Source: Trichosphaerium sp. ATCC 40318 (lineage: Eukaryota; Protista; Tubulinea). From it: a stretch of DNA of 64,000 nt. The DNA is taken from the NCBI GenBank assembly GCA_038496445.1, contig JALMLS010000304.1, positions 124,001 to 188,000 on the forward strand, written 5' to 3'. The notes under the pieces were generated by a model. That model did not search any database. It saw only the letters and a program-made list of their open reading frames with translations, and was not told where the DNA came from. The first letter of the stretch is position 1, and each line of letters starts with the position of its first letter. A program made the position numbers and the translations under genes. This document shows positions 1 through 14,498 of the stretch, one piece after another.

Positions 1-1628
1 GACAACTGTGAGTACAACAGCTTTTGAAAAAAAAAAGAAAAAAAAAATTGTACCAGGATATTTCGAGAATTATACAACCTACAGACCACATATCTATTGG
101 TGTGAGAAAAGGTGATCCCAATAATACCTATATACATACGTTAAGAACGGACAGTCGTTGAGAATTCGCGGAATAACAAAAACAAAAAACTGGACTTAAT
201 AAGGTTACAAGTAACATTTCAAAAAATTCGTTGTATGTACCTCTGGTGCTCTATAACAAAGTGTTTGTACTTCATAACTGTTGTAATACTGCGGCGCTTG
301 ATCTGTATTCATTGCATTACCAAAGTCAATGAGTTTTACGCAATCAAAAGATCCTGCTTCGTCTAATTTTACCAAAATATTCTCTGGCTTAATATCTGCA
401 TGTATAATACTCTAAAAAAAGTACAGATAAGTTCTTATTGTACAAGCACAGTTACTTTGAATAGACATACCTCAGATCGAAGCAGCTTTAGGGCACTCAA
501 TAATTGGGAAGTTACTTTCCTTATATCCGCAAAAACAAGGCTGAAACATAAGTTAGCGAGTTGTAAAGGTACCACGGTTCATTTTCTTACGATTTTGCGC
601 CAGTGTATTGCGCCAAATTGAATCTTCCGTATTCCAATACTATACAATAGTGGTTCCCTTCAAAAAATGCAGCATACGCATGTACCACGTGTCTACCAGA
701 GGGATCTGCTTCATTCAACTTGCGGATTGTATGATATTCCTAAAACAATTTGTAAATCACTTCAAATAGCACGTGTTTAAACTCCTTCTTTTAGGATATA
801 CAAACAAAAAAATACAATTTCATCAAGCAAACGCGCTGAATGTTTCTTTAAAAAAAATAGGTACAAGCACAACGTGCACCCCTTTTGATCTGAGAAACAT
901 TTCGTTCATTTTGGTTTTTTTTTTTTGACATTTTTTCGTGACACTTGGGCGTACCATTTGTCCAAACAAGGCGTGGTTTGGCTTATTATGTAGTATTTTA
1001 ATAGCGACAGGTCTAGATCCCGAAAAGGTGTCCTTGGCAGCAACAATCTTGCAAAAACTACCCTCCATTATTTCCGCACACACGATGTATCGCTGTTGTA
1101 ACGGAGCCATTACGCCACCTGGTTTAACAAGTCAGAACAGCTAGTGTGAAATAAAACAATACGTTAATTTACTAAACAAGTCTAACCTGCTGTAATCGCC
1201 ATAGCACCCTTCTTGGGACCACTAGGTATAGTGTAACCGCCTAACAAAATTAATTAATTGCTTTGACGCTCATTTTGTATTGATTGTATTTATAATCGCA
1301 TATATTTAACCGCATACGTACCTGCTCTGGCTTGTTTTAATTTATTTTCTATAAAGGCTTCTGGGTCTCCAATAGGCTTTGGTGCTGATGTCCTGAGCCA
1401 TTTGAAGAGAAAATATGCACCAGCAGTTGCGCGAGCTGTAATATTGCACTGACCATTCCTGTTGTTGACTATTGGTGCCACATGCTCGCCAAACGGGCGA
1501 AATGCTTCTGTGGCCTTTGGCACATATTGAATTTCGCGCGTAACGCTTTTTTCTGTTTCTACGCCAGCATTCATCCCAATCACTACACTGCTGTCATAGC
1601 GCTAAACGCATATAGTTTGGTTGGACAT
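1..1628 (-). CDS. CMGC protein kinase, DYRK/HIPK-like (3' end runs off the window; 5' end approximate)
   Basis: Spliced exons give RYIVCAEIMEGSF..VAIKIL, IIHADIKPENILV, KLIDFGNA, EVQTLCYRAPE, IDMWSVGCI. The 1290-1583 ORF splices in frame (AITAG|GVMAPLQQRY) as the N-terminus. Confidence 0.85.
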
Positions 1629-1717
1629 TAAGTCACGAAATAACCAATTTGAAGGAACTTTTTTCTGTACTGGTACACTTTATTATTTACAAAAAATCGG
1701 GTTTGCGCAACGGCAGT

Positions 1718-4264
1718 TTACTGTGGTGGTGGAGGCGGTGGAGGAACAGCCTCAATGTCAAATTGTCCTGGTCTAGCACGACGTGGAGGGCGCTCCGCTT
1801 GATCTCTGACGCGTTGTTCACGTCCAACACGTCTCTTATTGCGTTTTGCGGTTCTTTCGCTTCTAGTTTCTTTTTTTTTCTTTGGCAGCGCTGTATGGAA
1901 TACAACGCTCTCCCAATCGTCAAAACAACGCTTTGCACTGCGTAGTGCTTTTTCAACTTTAGGACAATCTACAAAAAAGAAATATAAGCAAGAAATACTC
2001 CCTTTGTTATCAAAACAATGTCTAAGTACCCGAAACATCAACTTCTTTGATGTTAGGAAGATGCCTTAGTAGATTACTAAGACGCGTGACAGTCAATGGT
2101 ACAAATCCGATAACACCTTGTGTAACAGGTAAGCCATATTTCAAGGGTTTCAAAGAGACATACCTAGGTATTCTATCTTATCTAATGGCTCAAACCACTT
2201 CAAGTTCTTTGTCTCCCATACGCCACCCTAATGAAAGCATTAGAGTTATCGTTACAGATGCCACTTAATATTATTCGCTTACCTCAGGCTTATACCAGCC
2301 CTTCACACTCACAACCAGTCTTGTCAGTAGTTTTAAGTTCTGTATTACAGCTAGTGTTGATACATTACATTCTGGCAAGTTGAGGATTTCAAGTCGTTCT
2401 AGCTTTACTAGTTGACTCAAGAATCCAAAGTCTGGTACCAAGCATTTTTTGATAATAAGACTCTTGAGAAAAGCGCATCCACCAAGTAACGAGAAGAATT
2501 GTGGCGCTATTTTATTATCACGCCATTTACTAACTTTAAGAGACTTGATTGACTTTGGAATTGATAAAGCCGGTATAACACGTGCAGGTACGGCAGGTTC
2601 AGCTACTAAGAAAGGAATTAATAATAACAACAACAAATAATAAGCCAGAAAAAGTGTTAATCATTTGAGACTGACATCTGACGTCAGATGATGTCACTTC
2701 AAAAAAAAAAGAAGACATTCCAAAAAAAACAGAATGAAGAAAAAAGCTGAGAACCAAGGGCCCAATAGTACGCGTGATATTATAATATATACGCGTATAC
2801 AAACCTTATTGCGTTGGTTTAAAGCTGTTTAGGCCTTTTTCAAGGGTAGAATAAAATAATAAAAATAAAAAAACGCAAAGCTTACCACCACTTGTTGGTG
2901 TACACCATATTACTTCAAGATTAGTTAATGTTTTTGATATTTTATGCCACTCTGGAGAAGCCAGCTAAAAGTTCGAATTGTTAGTTAATTAAAGCGTATC
3001 ACTACATAAAACATTTAAAAGCAAAACTTACTTGAGGCAAACGTTTCACATGCAATACCATGTCGTTCAAATTTGTTAAGCTACTTAAGTATCCAACATT
3101 GAATCGTAGTCCAATTCTACACCTCAAAGAGCGTAGACGTGCATACATATGAAGGTGCTCTTGATCTTGATGAGCCAAAAGTACACCAGTCAAATTTTCC
3201 AAGTTGACAAGTTGTGTTGCTAGTTTAAAGAATCCAGTAGTGAATTCTGTTGCGCCTCTAATTATACAAAGATCAGTCAGTGTAGTTGGAAGAGAATTCA
3301 CAGGAGCGCTTGTAGTGTAACAGAAAGCCAGTTCCTAGGCGGGAAAAAATGTTAATTACTGGCTACAATAGAGTTCCAGGAACTAAAAAGAGAAAATGGA
3401 ACCAATAAAAATATTTTCCATAAATTTTTACAGTAAAGAGAATTTTAACGTCAGGGCGCCCAGGAGATAATTTTGACGAATAAAGAGGTTTTATAGTAAT
3501 TACCTTGATTTTTAAGTTCTTCATCCATGTGTAATCTGTCATATTGGAGTAAAGGACAAGAGAATTGAGCTTATTGAGATATCCCAAAAACTTTAATGAG
3601 CATTCACCCCAACATGTTTCAAAACGGTATCTTCCTGTTCGTTTCATAGATGGTGTTTGCCAACGCATGAGATGAAGACGTTGAAGTGTATCACTATTAC
3701 ACACAAAGAGTTAGTCCAAAAATTACTAACCGTATTTTTAAAATAGCCTAGCATGTCCGCACAAGCGATGATATCATGATCTAACGCTTTTTATGGCAAT
3801 AAATCACCACAGTACAGAAAAAAGTTTTGTAATTTTTCATGCTTCACATTTTTCATTGAGCGTACCGTTGTAAGAATGCGTCAATATCAAACGGTGTTAT
3901 ACGACGTTGTGTATCGAGTGATTGTACTTGGGGGAACCATTCCATAATATCTGGTTGTAGTTCAGTGTAGGAGTTTATAATTGGTCGTACCTTGCATTGT
4001 GGCCTGGCGTTTGCAATAAAGAGAACGAACGAGTGGTGTAAATATCATTTTAAACCGCTGGCATACGAGGCGCATTATAAATGCTGAGGCACCATGGGAA
4101 GGAAGTAGGGACAACATATCTCGTGGTAGAGTCATCATAGGGCCAGGCTGTAATTAATTAGATAAAATATCACATTACAAGCCAGCTACCTCGCCATCTG
4201 TCCTACGACGCTTGACTGCGGGAGTTGTCGCTCGAGAATTACTGGTCCTCCTTTTACGGCTCAT
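1718..4264 (-). CDS. F-box-like + leucine-rich-repeat protein
   Basis: N-terminal MTLPRDMLSLL..RLVCQRF, then LRR-like exons (LSSLTNLNDM, LSQLVKLERLEIL, IQNLKLLTRLVV); GT-AG introns. Confidence 0.65.
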
Positions 4265-4519
4265 GTTATCTACAAACTTCAATCTCTAAAGCATTAATAC
4301 GTATGTTGCTCCCTTCACCTCGAGCAATTCAACCAACAAGACTCCCGTAGACAAAATTCAAAGTATTTTTCTTCGCACTTACGGTAAACCGAAAAAAAAG
4401 CCCCAAGGCGTATTGCCCTACCATTTATAACTCCTGTAGCTCTATCTGGAGGAGTAACAACAAAAAAAACGAAACATTTTCTTTTTCTCACTTTTATTCA
4501 TTTTTCACAACGTGATAAG

Positions 4520-7500
4520 TTACGCTGAACTCATCTCCTTGAATCTTTTATACATAACGAGAACGTTTTCTTCTGAAACGTAACCGTTAAGCGCTAACGA
4601 AGCGCATTCTTCTTGAACCAAATCTCTCAATAATTCTGCATCCATTTTACCGCGTAAATACTTCTCGATTATAGAATACACAGCATCAGATTTAATACCC
4701 TTTCCGCTCACTAAAAACAATAAGGGTCAGTACAAAAAAAACCCACGTGGCCTAAGAAGTTCAAAGGAGGAAAAAAACGTGTACCTGCTTGAAGTTTTAA
4801 TCTATTTCTGAATCGTGATAACTCATTGTTTCCTTTGGCTTTAACAGCAGCTAACGCCTGAGAAGGACATTGTTGTGCTAATTTCTCAACTATATCCTCC
4901 TTTTGTATACAACCGCTTGTACTTACATTATTAGACTAATAACATATTGTCAGTATGAAACATTACTAAGATATCAAGATGACTACTGACCTTGCACATT
5001 GTCTTCAAGTCGCTTACTGATAATGCTCGCAAATTATATGTAAGCATGCGCATTTGCTCCTGTGTTATTGAAGACGAGTAAACCTTTGGCGCGCTTGCAG
5101 ACCGAACGGATCTATTACCAAGACTTGAGCAAAAGTGTTAGTGTCACATCTTTAACAGAAAAAAAACGTACTCTACACTCGCAGTACTCTTGCGTGTTCC
5201 GTAACCGCTTGGCACATACGCAGGACGCTGAGGTGCACCATATCCTTGCGTAGGGAACGCAGGCCTTCCTTGAGGCACTTGTTGAGGCGGTACTTGCTGT
5301 CGTGGCACATAAGGTCGCCCAAAGTTTCCTTGATAAGCAGGTGTTGTTGGAGCGCTATAAGGTCTAGCAAATGACGGCGTATGTGGTTGTCCATACGCTG
5401 GTTTTTGCGCATATCCTCCCCTAGCATATTGATTTGCTGCTGGCCTAGCAAAGCTAGGTTTATATCTTTGATTTGCTACAAAAACTATTAGCCACAGTTG
5501 GGGAGAACGAAAAAATACAGTTTCAGTGATTTTGTGATCCCAAAAAGAAAGGAAAAGATGTACGTACCAGGTGGAACGCGAGAAGATCGTGATGGTTTTG
5601 GATTGTGATTGTGATTGTTCTTAGTATTACCGCTAATACCGCTTGCACCTTGTGATCTACAAAAAGGCCAAAATAAACAAACTTGATTGACTTATTAGGT
5701 TTCCGTACTTATTAACCAAACTATCAACATATTCTGGTTTTTGAACCAACAAATAATGATAGACCTTAGTTAAATCATCATCCTGTGTAGACTCACTGAC
5801 TTCATGTCCAAGGATTTGTTTCTGTTGAGATACAGATAGGTTTTTCATAACTGATGAAACAGCAACGCGAACAAGTTTATCAAATCTATAAACAACCTGG
5901 AGAGAAAATCAACAGACAACAGGCGAAAAAAAAAATGCAAACAAGAAATCTACAACAAACCAGAAAAAAACCGGTACCTCACGAGCAAGAGGTCTTCGTT
6001 GTGGTGTGAGATTCACACAGGGTAATACAATAGTCGAAGACTATATAGAGTAAGAACAGAGTAGCCATAACAAAAATGAGGATGGGATATCCGGTCGTAC
6101 TTGAAAATGAGCTGGTAGAGATACAGATTGACGCATTTGGTCGTAGTGTGGTAGTTTTAGCTCGAAAAGTTCGTATATTACAAGTCCCAAACTATAAATA
6201 TCAGCTGAATAGTCATATGACTGTCCTCGCTTTACTTCAGGGGCCATCCTAAATTTTGGGGTGAGAATAAGGTCACGAAAACTTCGTTAAGATTTTCTTG
6301 TTAGTTTCAAAAGAATAAGGGTAACAAAAAGAAATATTAAATACTCGATGACTCTCGTGTTTATCTTACCATAAAGGTGTACCACTGTTTTGTGTATGCA
6401 TCAAGTGCGCTGCACGCTGTTGTGTATGTCCACCAATGAGTTTTGCAGTTCCAAAATCAGTATATTTACATGAAAGATCGTTTGATACTAGAATATTCAT
6501 TGACTTTACGTCTCTGTGTATAACTCCATTACTATGAATATGTGCTAATCCTAATGCACAATGACGTCCCATACGCATACGTTGTAACACGCTTAGTTTT
6601 TGTTTATTTCTTGTAGAAGAGGTTAGTCAATAGTCCATTTTTAAAGCAAAAGAAAAATTATACATACTTGTGTATTAAATCATATAAACTGCCATTTGGC
6701 ATATACTCCATAACAATTGACAGATATTTACCCGTACAGTACCCATATACATCGACAACATATGGGTTCTTTGTACGCCTATGAATAAGCCATTAAAACA
6801 AGAACTAACGGGAGTAAAAAAACAAAACAAAAAAAAAACAAACGGAAGGCAAAATAACATTAAAAAAACATTGCTTGTTGTTGTGTACCTCATGAGGTTT
6901 ATTTCTTTCTTCCACTCCACAAAAGAATTTTGAAACGCCATTTCTATGTCCTTTATAACAACAGTCTCTTTAAAACCAGTACAATGTCCTTTAAACACAA
7001 CACCATAACTTCCTTTTGCTAAATGTGGCCATTCTCGCTTTAAATCACGCTCTTGAAATTGTATTAATGCTGGAGGTGGCCCATTACTTTGTGCTCTATT
7101 TTGTGCTGGTGACTGCATCTTCTGAGAGGCGTGACTAGGCGCAGGACGTGGCGCTGGTTTATTAAATGACGGTCTACCGCCTAATAAAAGTTTAGTGAAG
7201 TGCTGTACAGTACACGCTGCATTTTTTGGGTCATTTTGTTTGTATCGGGTAAATACATACCCAACATATCATCTACGGATGGTGTTGTACGGATTGGAGG
7301 GCTTCCTCTTGGTTTTGCAAAACTGTAGTCAACTGGTTCTGCTTTTAATCGTTGTGTACCTAGACGTACATTAACAACGTATATGTATTAACTTCAAGAC
7401 GCTTACGAGGATCAAAATCAATAGCAGTTAACCCAATTTTTATATCACTTCGTAGTGTACCTACTAGCTTATACCAAGCAATCTAGATGAAGATTAAACG

Positions 7501-7937
7501 TCCATTCACGAAGTCAATTCCACAGCCTGTAAATTTACGAATACTAATGGTGGAGGCTACTAGCAACAAAAATAGTACTTACCAACTCCACTCCGCGCTG
7601 TAAGGAGGAAAAAGAAACCTCAACAGAACCAATCGTTGAAGGAACTGCTGAGTGCTCAAAATCAACGACCTCGAATAGCAAACGCTCTTTTGTGGCGTCT
7701 GAAACGTTAAATTCGAGTGTTTTGTGCCATTTAACATCAGTTGATTTGCGTTTTTCGACTAAAGCAGCCGGCGGAAACACCTTGAATTCCTGATGGCCCA
7801 CTGATACAATACAGCCAGGATCGTTATATCCTATAAAGCGACGTTACAAATTTTTAGCCGCCAAAAGTAGCATTACCGATCGAATTTATAGGCTCTAGGT
7901 GCCTGCCTTCTATCAGCACGACTTGCAGCCTGCCCAT
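4520..7937 (-). CDS. C2-domain TKL protein kinase with Pro/Gln/Tyr-rich linker and SAP/HeH-like C-terminal motif
   Basis: MGRLQVVLIEGRHL (C2), LAKGSYGVVFKG, IHRDVKSMNILV, TDFGTAK, GTPLW|MAPE, ADIYSLG; C-terminal LSVSDLKTMCK..GCIQKEDIV. Confidence 0.85.
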
Positions 7938-8256
7938 GTTTGTTTTTTTCACATTGGTTTTTTGAATTGTCAAATAGGTTCTTGATGTGTTGTATTCGCA
8001 ACGTTGTTTGTTGAGGCATCATGTAGGCAGTTGTATAAAGAGCACATGTCAAGAAATGTATGTACAAATCAGTTTGTACACAAGTTTTATACTCATCATA
8101 AACACGTTTATTTACCTGTTGCAGTATAGTGCGTAGTTGTAGTAAATTGGCAAACAGCACAAAACAAAAGGCAGTCAAAGCCTGTAAAGTTCAGTGATTT
8201 TATTTTATCTGTTAAATCAAGCTGCAACTGGTGGTTGTTGTTATAAAGATATATAA

Positions 8257-11200
8257 ATGACTTCGCCGTACGATCCGGTTGACAAGCCAAGAGATGCGGT
8301 ACAAAGAGCTCAAGAGAATTGGGATAAATACTTTGGCTCAAAGGTTAGTACGCTACTACCACAAGGCTTTGCATGCCTCCCAATCCGCTAAATGCTAAAT
8401 ACTAAGTATTGAGTATTTCTTTTACTAAAACACCGCTGAAACGATACTTTACATGCGTGTATTCACAAAGCGTAGGATAAAATAAATTTTGACACACTTT
8501 ACGCAAAATTCAAATACGTCAAAAAATGCCATCGCAGCGATTTACAATATCTATTGGGTACGCAACGGTTGTTGTTTGCGCACTCCTGACCACTTACAGA
8601 TTTCAACAATACAAAAATGGTAACCAAGCAGTCGTGGGTATCTGCTATGGTAAGATTCGGACCCTCGAGATCATTTGCACGTAATGTACGAAAAAATACT
8701 TCAGTTCGGTTTAGATTTCATTAACTGGGTTTAGGTTAAAACCATAATGTCTATGAAAGGTTTCTACGGGTACACAAGTTGTTTCGTAAAAAACGTTTTT
8801 TGGCTAGTCGCTGTGTACGCCATCAATCAGCTCACAGACACGTCCTAGATACATATCACCTCCTCACTCTGCAAAATTACTTAAGAGCAGCGGTAAACGC
8901 GGACAGTACATTGTCAGGTATGCTCAACGCGTAACGATACAATTTACAATCTATTTACCCGGTCATTTGATAATTTCTCTTAAAACAAAACACGGAGTTC
9001 TTCTTTTGCATTTAAATAAATCGTCTAACAACGCCTAGACTCAACATCCGAAGACCTCACAAAATACATGTTGATTACCTTGATAAAAGAAGCGAAGATA
9101 TAAGAACCTTGGACGTATATAAACGCAAGGATGGTACGTTTTTTTCTTTACGGTTTTTGGTTTCGATTTATTGTTTTTTGCTAAAAAAGGCTTCTATGGC
9201 AATTGTTGTGATAGATTAAAGATATATTGTTTACTAATGACTAGGTTATGGTTACTTGTTAAAGGACAAGACGTTTAGAACTGAAAGAGAATTAAACATG
9301 TTGATACAAGCTTGCAACTTTCTACAAGACCCTTACGCGTCATCGCACTCACGATTAGCATTCTTTCATGGTGATATAAGCTCTCAACAAGCAGAAAAGC
9401 TTCTTTCTAAGGAAGGAAACCCTGGTTCTTATTTAGTTAGGTTCTCTTCATCTAGCACAACGTCATTAGCATTGACCTATTTGGTACACAGCCTTTTTCC
9501 TAAATTGCTTTTGTGTCGAACAAAATATCAGCTCTCCTCTTGTTTGAACCACTTTTCGTATCTTTTAGATAAATATTGTTTTCTTACTTTTTTGCCAAAA
9601 ATAAAGGATCTTCACAATAACATATGTCACGTAAAGATTGAAGTGGATAATGGAGTGTACACAGTAAGTGGTGCTCCATATTCAGACTTAACAGCGATGT
9701 TATCTTCAAACCCAACAGCCCAAAAAACATTTGTACAGGTACATGTCAGTAAAACGAAAAAAAAAACCTCTTGTTTGCAACGTTTTTTTACTATTCAGTT
9801 GGATTTCAATAATCGTCTCTGATTGCTTGTATAGCCCCTCTTTACAAAACAAAGGCATTTGATTGTTAATACAAGGAGAAGTAAACGCAGAGATAGTACA
9901 AAAAGACCAACAAAGTCTGGTGATTTTACAAATAATCTAAGAGAGAAATCTACAAGTCGATCTAATGTACGACTAGCTCTAGATGATGTATGAACCCACA
10001 ATTTTTTTTTCAATATCTAGAAGCAAATAACTTAACTTTGTAGCAACCATTTCTTGCGCCAGTTGAGCTTCCTTCTCCTCTTGGAAAACCAAAGACAAGA
10101 CCTCTTCAAAAGCGTTCATCACCACCATCACCTAAGCCATCCGCTGAGTCTATGGATCTAGCTGACTATGGTCGATTTCCAGAGCATAAAATGCAGTCAC
10201 CAAAGAGTTTTGGTGGTAGTGATGCGTTCGAGCAATCTAGTGGCTCAAGCAGTAAGCTTTTCTTTGACGTTTGGTTTTGTAGTTATTAATCGTACTCAGG
10301 TATGTTTACTACTCCTAAAGAAGCGCCTGAGATGACATCACAAAACCCACCATATGCATCAGTACCTCCTGTAGGTTGGAACCCTAGAGGAGGAAGTACA
10401 TCTGACTTGTTCGCATACACATCAGATGCTTCAGATGAGCCAAATTGTCTAGATGCGGATTTTAGTCCGCATGTTCATCGTAGTGATAGAGCCAACACTA
10501 GAGGTTCGATGAGAGAATCTGTATCTAATTCATCTTCCTTATCATCACGTTCTCCAAGAGAAAGGTACGAGACACATGTTTTTATCATTAAAACCAAGAA
10601 CGGTGTACTTTATTAAACCTCACTGTTGATTTTTTGTCAATTGGTAATATCACGTGTTCGTCATGTGATTTATGTACTGAGATGAACTAATATTTTATTA
10701 GGAGATTTGATCTACGAGGAAGTGCTACTAAAGTCATTAGACCAATGAGCAGAGAGTCATTACATAACGGTGGTTTACATAGCGGTAGTGTTACTAAGAA
10801 ATCATCGTCTTCTACTTCTTTTGGTGGTATCACCGGCGCTCAAAGTGATGTTTCTGATAGTAGTGAGACTGAAGAAGAGCTTATTAAGCGTCCAAGAAAG
10901 GTAAGATTTAGAGAAAAAAAGGTTAACTGATATTTATTTTATGTTTTAGAAAGAGAAGCGACAAGTCGGTGAAGCATCGTCTGATTCTGAAATGCCTGTT
11001 CATTTTACATCATCGAAAAAGTTTTCTAGTAATGTCAAGCCATCTGGTAGTAAAAGTCATGTGTTTCCAGAGTCTGAGGATGATACAGTGGTACATAGCC
11101 GATTCCGATAAAAAACCCCCAAAAAAAAAGTCAACGCGAGGTTTTTTGCTTGTGTCTATTGCCACGAGCACAAAGATTCTTATTTTTTCTATTATTATGA

Positions 11201-11807
11201 TTCTTTGGTGATTTACTTATGTTTTAAATTAGCCTTATAACTTGGTTGGCGCAAGAACGCCTCAGTTTAGTTATAGAGTAAAAGAAACAGTTGATTCAGA
11301 TGAGACATATTCAGAACGATCTTCTGAGAGTGGTGTTTTATCAGTTCCTGCTGATATACTCCCATTTATGCAAGCACTTGGGCCTAAGGAACTAGAAAAG
11401 ATTGATAGCGTATTAATAGATATGTACGTTCTTATTTTTTTGGTTTTTTTGTAAGAAAGGCACTCGGCTTTTTTTTTTTGGTAAACTTTTTTTCAACATC
11501 AGTTCAATGTGTTACACATGGCACTATAACTTTTCTTTTGCTCTGTGCCAGTTGTGAAAGAAAATTTAAAGTGCTGTGTATGTGATCACGATCAGTATGG
11601 TTTCAAAAGTACTGTCTGTGTTGTTCGACATTTTGTTTTTTTTTCTTCTTCTTTTTTTGTGAAATTCAAGTGAGATTTTATTTTGTTTGGTTTTTTGCTC
11701 ATTTTCTGGTTTCTAGGCTTGGTTTAGACATGGTAAAGCTAAGAAGCTTTTTACGTGCTGTACATAAAGTTCAAACAAAACAGCTCAGAAAACGTGGAGA
11801 CACGTAA
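8257..11807 (+). CDS. EF-hand-like + tandem SH2 adaptor (Cbl-TKB/SHK-like module) with Ser-rich tail
   Basis: Spliced: LLDFNNTKMVT..RFGP..GFYG|YISPPHSAKLL..GQYIVR (SH2-1); FFHGDISSQQAEKLL..GSYLVRFSSS (SH2-2). Confidence 0.75.
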
Positions 11808-12029
11808 AATGTCACAAACAAGAGCTTTAGTAACCTTGTGTAAAATATATAAACCATGTAAATTTCTAGAAATGGTGTCGCATGGATTCTCGTATCAACA
11901 AAGGAGGTAGTGAAAGAAGCAACTAGATTTCTTCTGTTTGCGTTAGTTTTGTTTATGCCACCTTGCTTGTTTTGATGCGAACACAACTTTAGCTTCTATC
12001 ATGCCACATCTTTAGTATTAAACTATTTC

Positions 12030-13330
12030 AATGGTTCTGGGTGTTAGGAATGAGGATAAAGTCCAGGTTACACAAATTCGAAGCGGGGAAAAGCGGATTT
12101 CATTGTGTTCGCTTTGCTGTCTTTCGCGATCCTTGATGGTTTATATTGATACCCTGCCTTCTTAGATCCATAATTAAGCTGCCTGGATGGAGCTGTAAAA
12201 CTTTGGGAAATCAACGAGCTTGTCCTGTTGCACAGCAGTAAGTGGTGTGTACTAACTACAGCATATATCTACGTTTATCTAAAGATGACATACTTCCGCG
12301 GATGACCTGCCTTTTTTGCTGTTTGATAAGGGAGAAATACGGTAATTATACGATTGTACACAATTGTTTATTGTGTGTAAAGGACGTACTTCGTAAAATG
12401 AACTTGTTTTTGTTGAAGGAAATTTCGAGTTTGTTTTGAATTGGTAGAAAATCGGAACAATTTTTTTTGGGTTGGGATTACACTTGAACATTGTACACAT
12501 CATTTTATATGATCGTAGGACCTTACCAAGCACCAAGTACTGCGAGGATGTCGACAAAAAAAGCAGCTTGTGTTCTTGCAAGACATTTTTATTGCTTTGA
12601 AGCAGTTGATACGAAAGAGTGGTAACCTATGTCGTATAGCGAATTCCAAAAACAAAAGCGTTGTGACAGCGAAATCAAATGGTGGAATTTCGTGTACGCA
12701 CTAGAAAGTGTGCGTAATGCGTTAAACACCGCTTTTAATTATTTCTGAACCTACTTAATATGAATAACTCTTGAAGAAAGCGAGTTACTTCAGAATATGA
12801 CAAACTCGCTTTATATTGACGCTGTATACTCTACAACATCTCAATCAAGCCATAGAGCGATTTTTATGGATAACGGGTAAAGAAAATAAAAAAAGACATT
12901 GGGACGGCTTTACCCTTCTCGTTTATAATAAAAATGTTGTCGTTATACGCTTAATGTGTATTTCAAAGCAATAAATCCAAACTCTAGTACCTAATAATCG
13001 TCTGTTGACGAATACTGTTGCACACCTTATTTTGGGTGTTTTGTGTTGATATAGAACGCCCAAACCTACACGTTATAGCGCCCTATAATCCGATAATTTG
13101 TTTTGCGCTAGTTCTAACTTTGGTACTTCGTTTTGCAGTATTGTTTAGTACTTTTATTGAGAATTCCTAATTAGTACTTACAAAGGAACGAGAGGAGTAA
13201 AACCTGGGATTGCTAAGAAAGCTCCAGTTTTCAATGTACTGAAAAGACTCTACTACGCGAGTAAAGGCTATTGTTTACTCGTTGCAGACAAAATCAGAGA
13301 ATACTTGCGTCCATTTACAAAAATAATAAA
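12030..13330 (+). CDS. Possible divergent WD40-like gene or relic (boundaries uncertain)
   Basis: Fragments CLDGAVKLWEI and SVVTAKSNGGIS between GT..AG-bounded segments; no complete model built. Confidence 0.25.
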
Positions 13331-13769
13331 ACACACGGATATGAATGGTTTTAAATACTTTAGAAAAAGTAGAGCGGGTCAAACTATGACGTTTTTTAGA
13401 AAAAGAAAGCGCGTGTGAAAACAGAAGTTTTTTAAACTAAAAGCTGTTTTAGGGTCTCTTTTGGTCCTCTAACATCACATCGGCAACAAGACATGAGCCT
13501 GGAATCACACAATATAAAGTTTGAGTGTGTACAAAACACAAAACGTACAAATGAAAATACTGACAATCAAGTTGATACCAATACATTAAAACTTGTTCAC
13601 GTACACCTAGAAAACCAAGTAAGTACAACAAAATAGAGGAAAACGCACAAAACTCTTCTTAATACCCATATATCTCCCAAACTTTTTTTTTCTTTTGACG
13701 TGTTGACGAAGTCATCAAAACGCACCTCTTCACTCCAAGTCGAGTCACCTGACAAAAAACCCCAAAAAA

Positions 13770-14498
13770 TCGGGTTATTTCAGGGTTTGCAACAAGCAAC
13801 GATCTATAGATGTACTTGTTCTAAGCGTCTTTGTTCAGGTTAGGTTCAGTACCGAGATTGAGTTTATCTCTAGCAAGCTACAGAAGCACGTATCTGGTGT
13901 ACCTCTAGTATCAATTTGGAATAGCACAGGAAAGAAGAAAGGTAATTTTAACGCACAACGCAAATCTTCATTATTCACGACGATGTAGTAATACATCTAT
14001 CTTTTATTAATATTATGATTCCGTTCATTTTTGTGAAAAGCGCAAAAAACCAGTTAAACTAGTTGACAAACAGCGTCTGTCTGTTTTTTCTTTCACGAAA
14101 ATTTTTTCATGAATAACACAACTTATAAGTGAAGCATAATCAACAGCTATTGTTGATTTGTGTTTTATTAAAAAGAAGTTCCCAGCTCCTCTTTTGTGTA
14201 GCACTTTGTTTTTCACATGACTTTAACTCCAAACTTTATTCGGTTTTCTTATTTATATTCCGTAGAAGTTTCAAACTATAAAGTCTTGATGAGCCTTTAC
14301 AGAACGCAATCACTTCTAAAGGAAACAACAGATGATTTTACATGTTATGTAGCAGATAATAGTTACCACCTACCTGTTGGTATAGTAGGAGATAGTCATT
14401 TTATTGAACTTCGAAGAAAAAGAAGACCTACTCCTTTGATTCACGTGCCATGTCCAAAACGGCAAAAAAGGATGCAATTGGGATACGTTCTTAATTAA
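13770..14498 (+). CDS. Hypothetical protein (start not resolved)
   Basis: Exons VRFSTEIEFISSKLQKH.. and EVSNYKVLMSLY..RRKRRPTP..KRQKR (NLS-like). Confidence 0.35.

Noticed and set aside
1290-1583. Separate small gene ending about 13 bp before the kinase ATG
   Set aside because: An alternative acceptor joins it in frame to the kinase, so it is treated as one gene.
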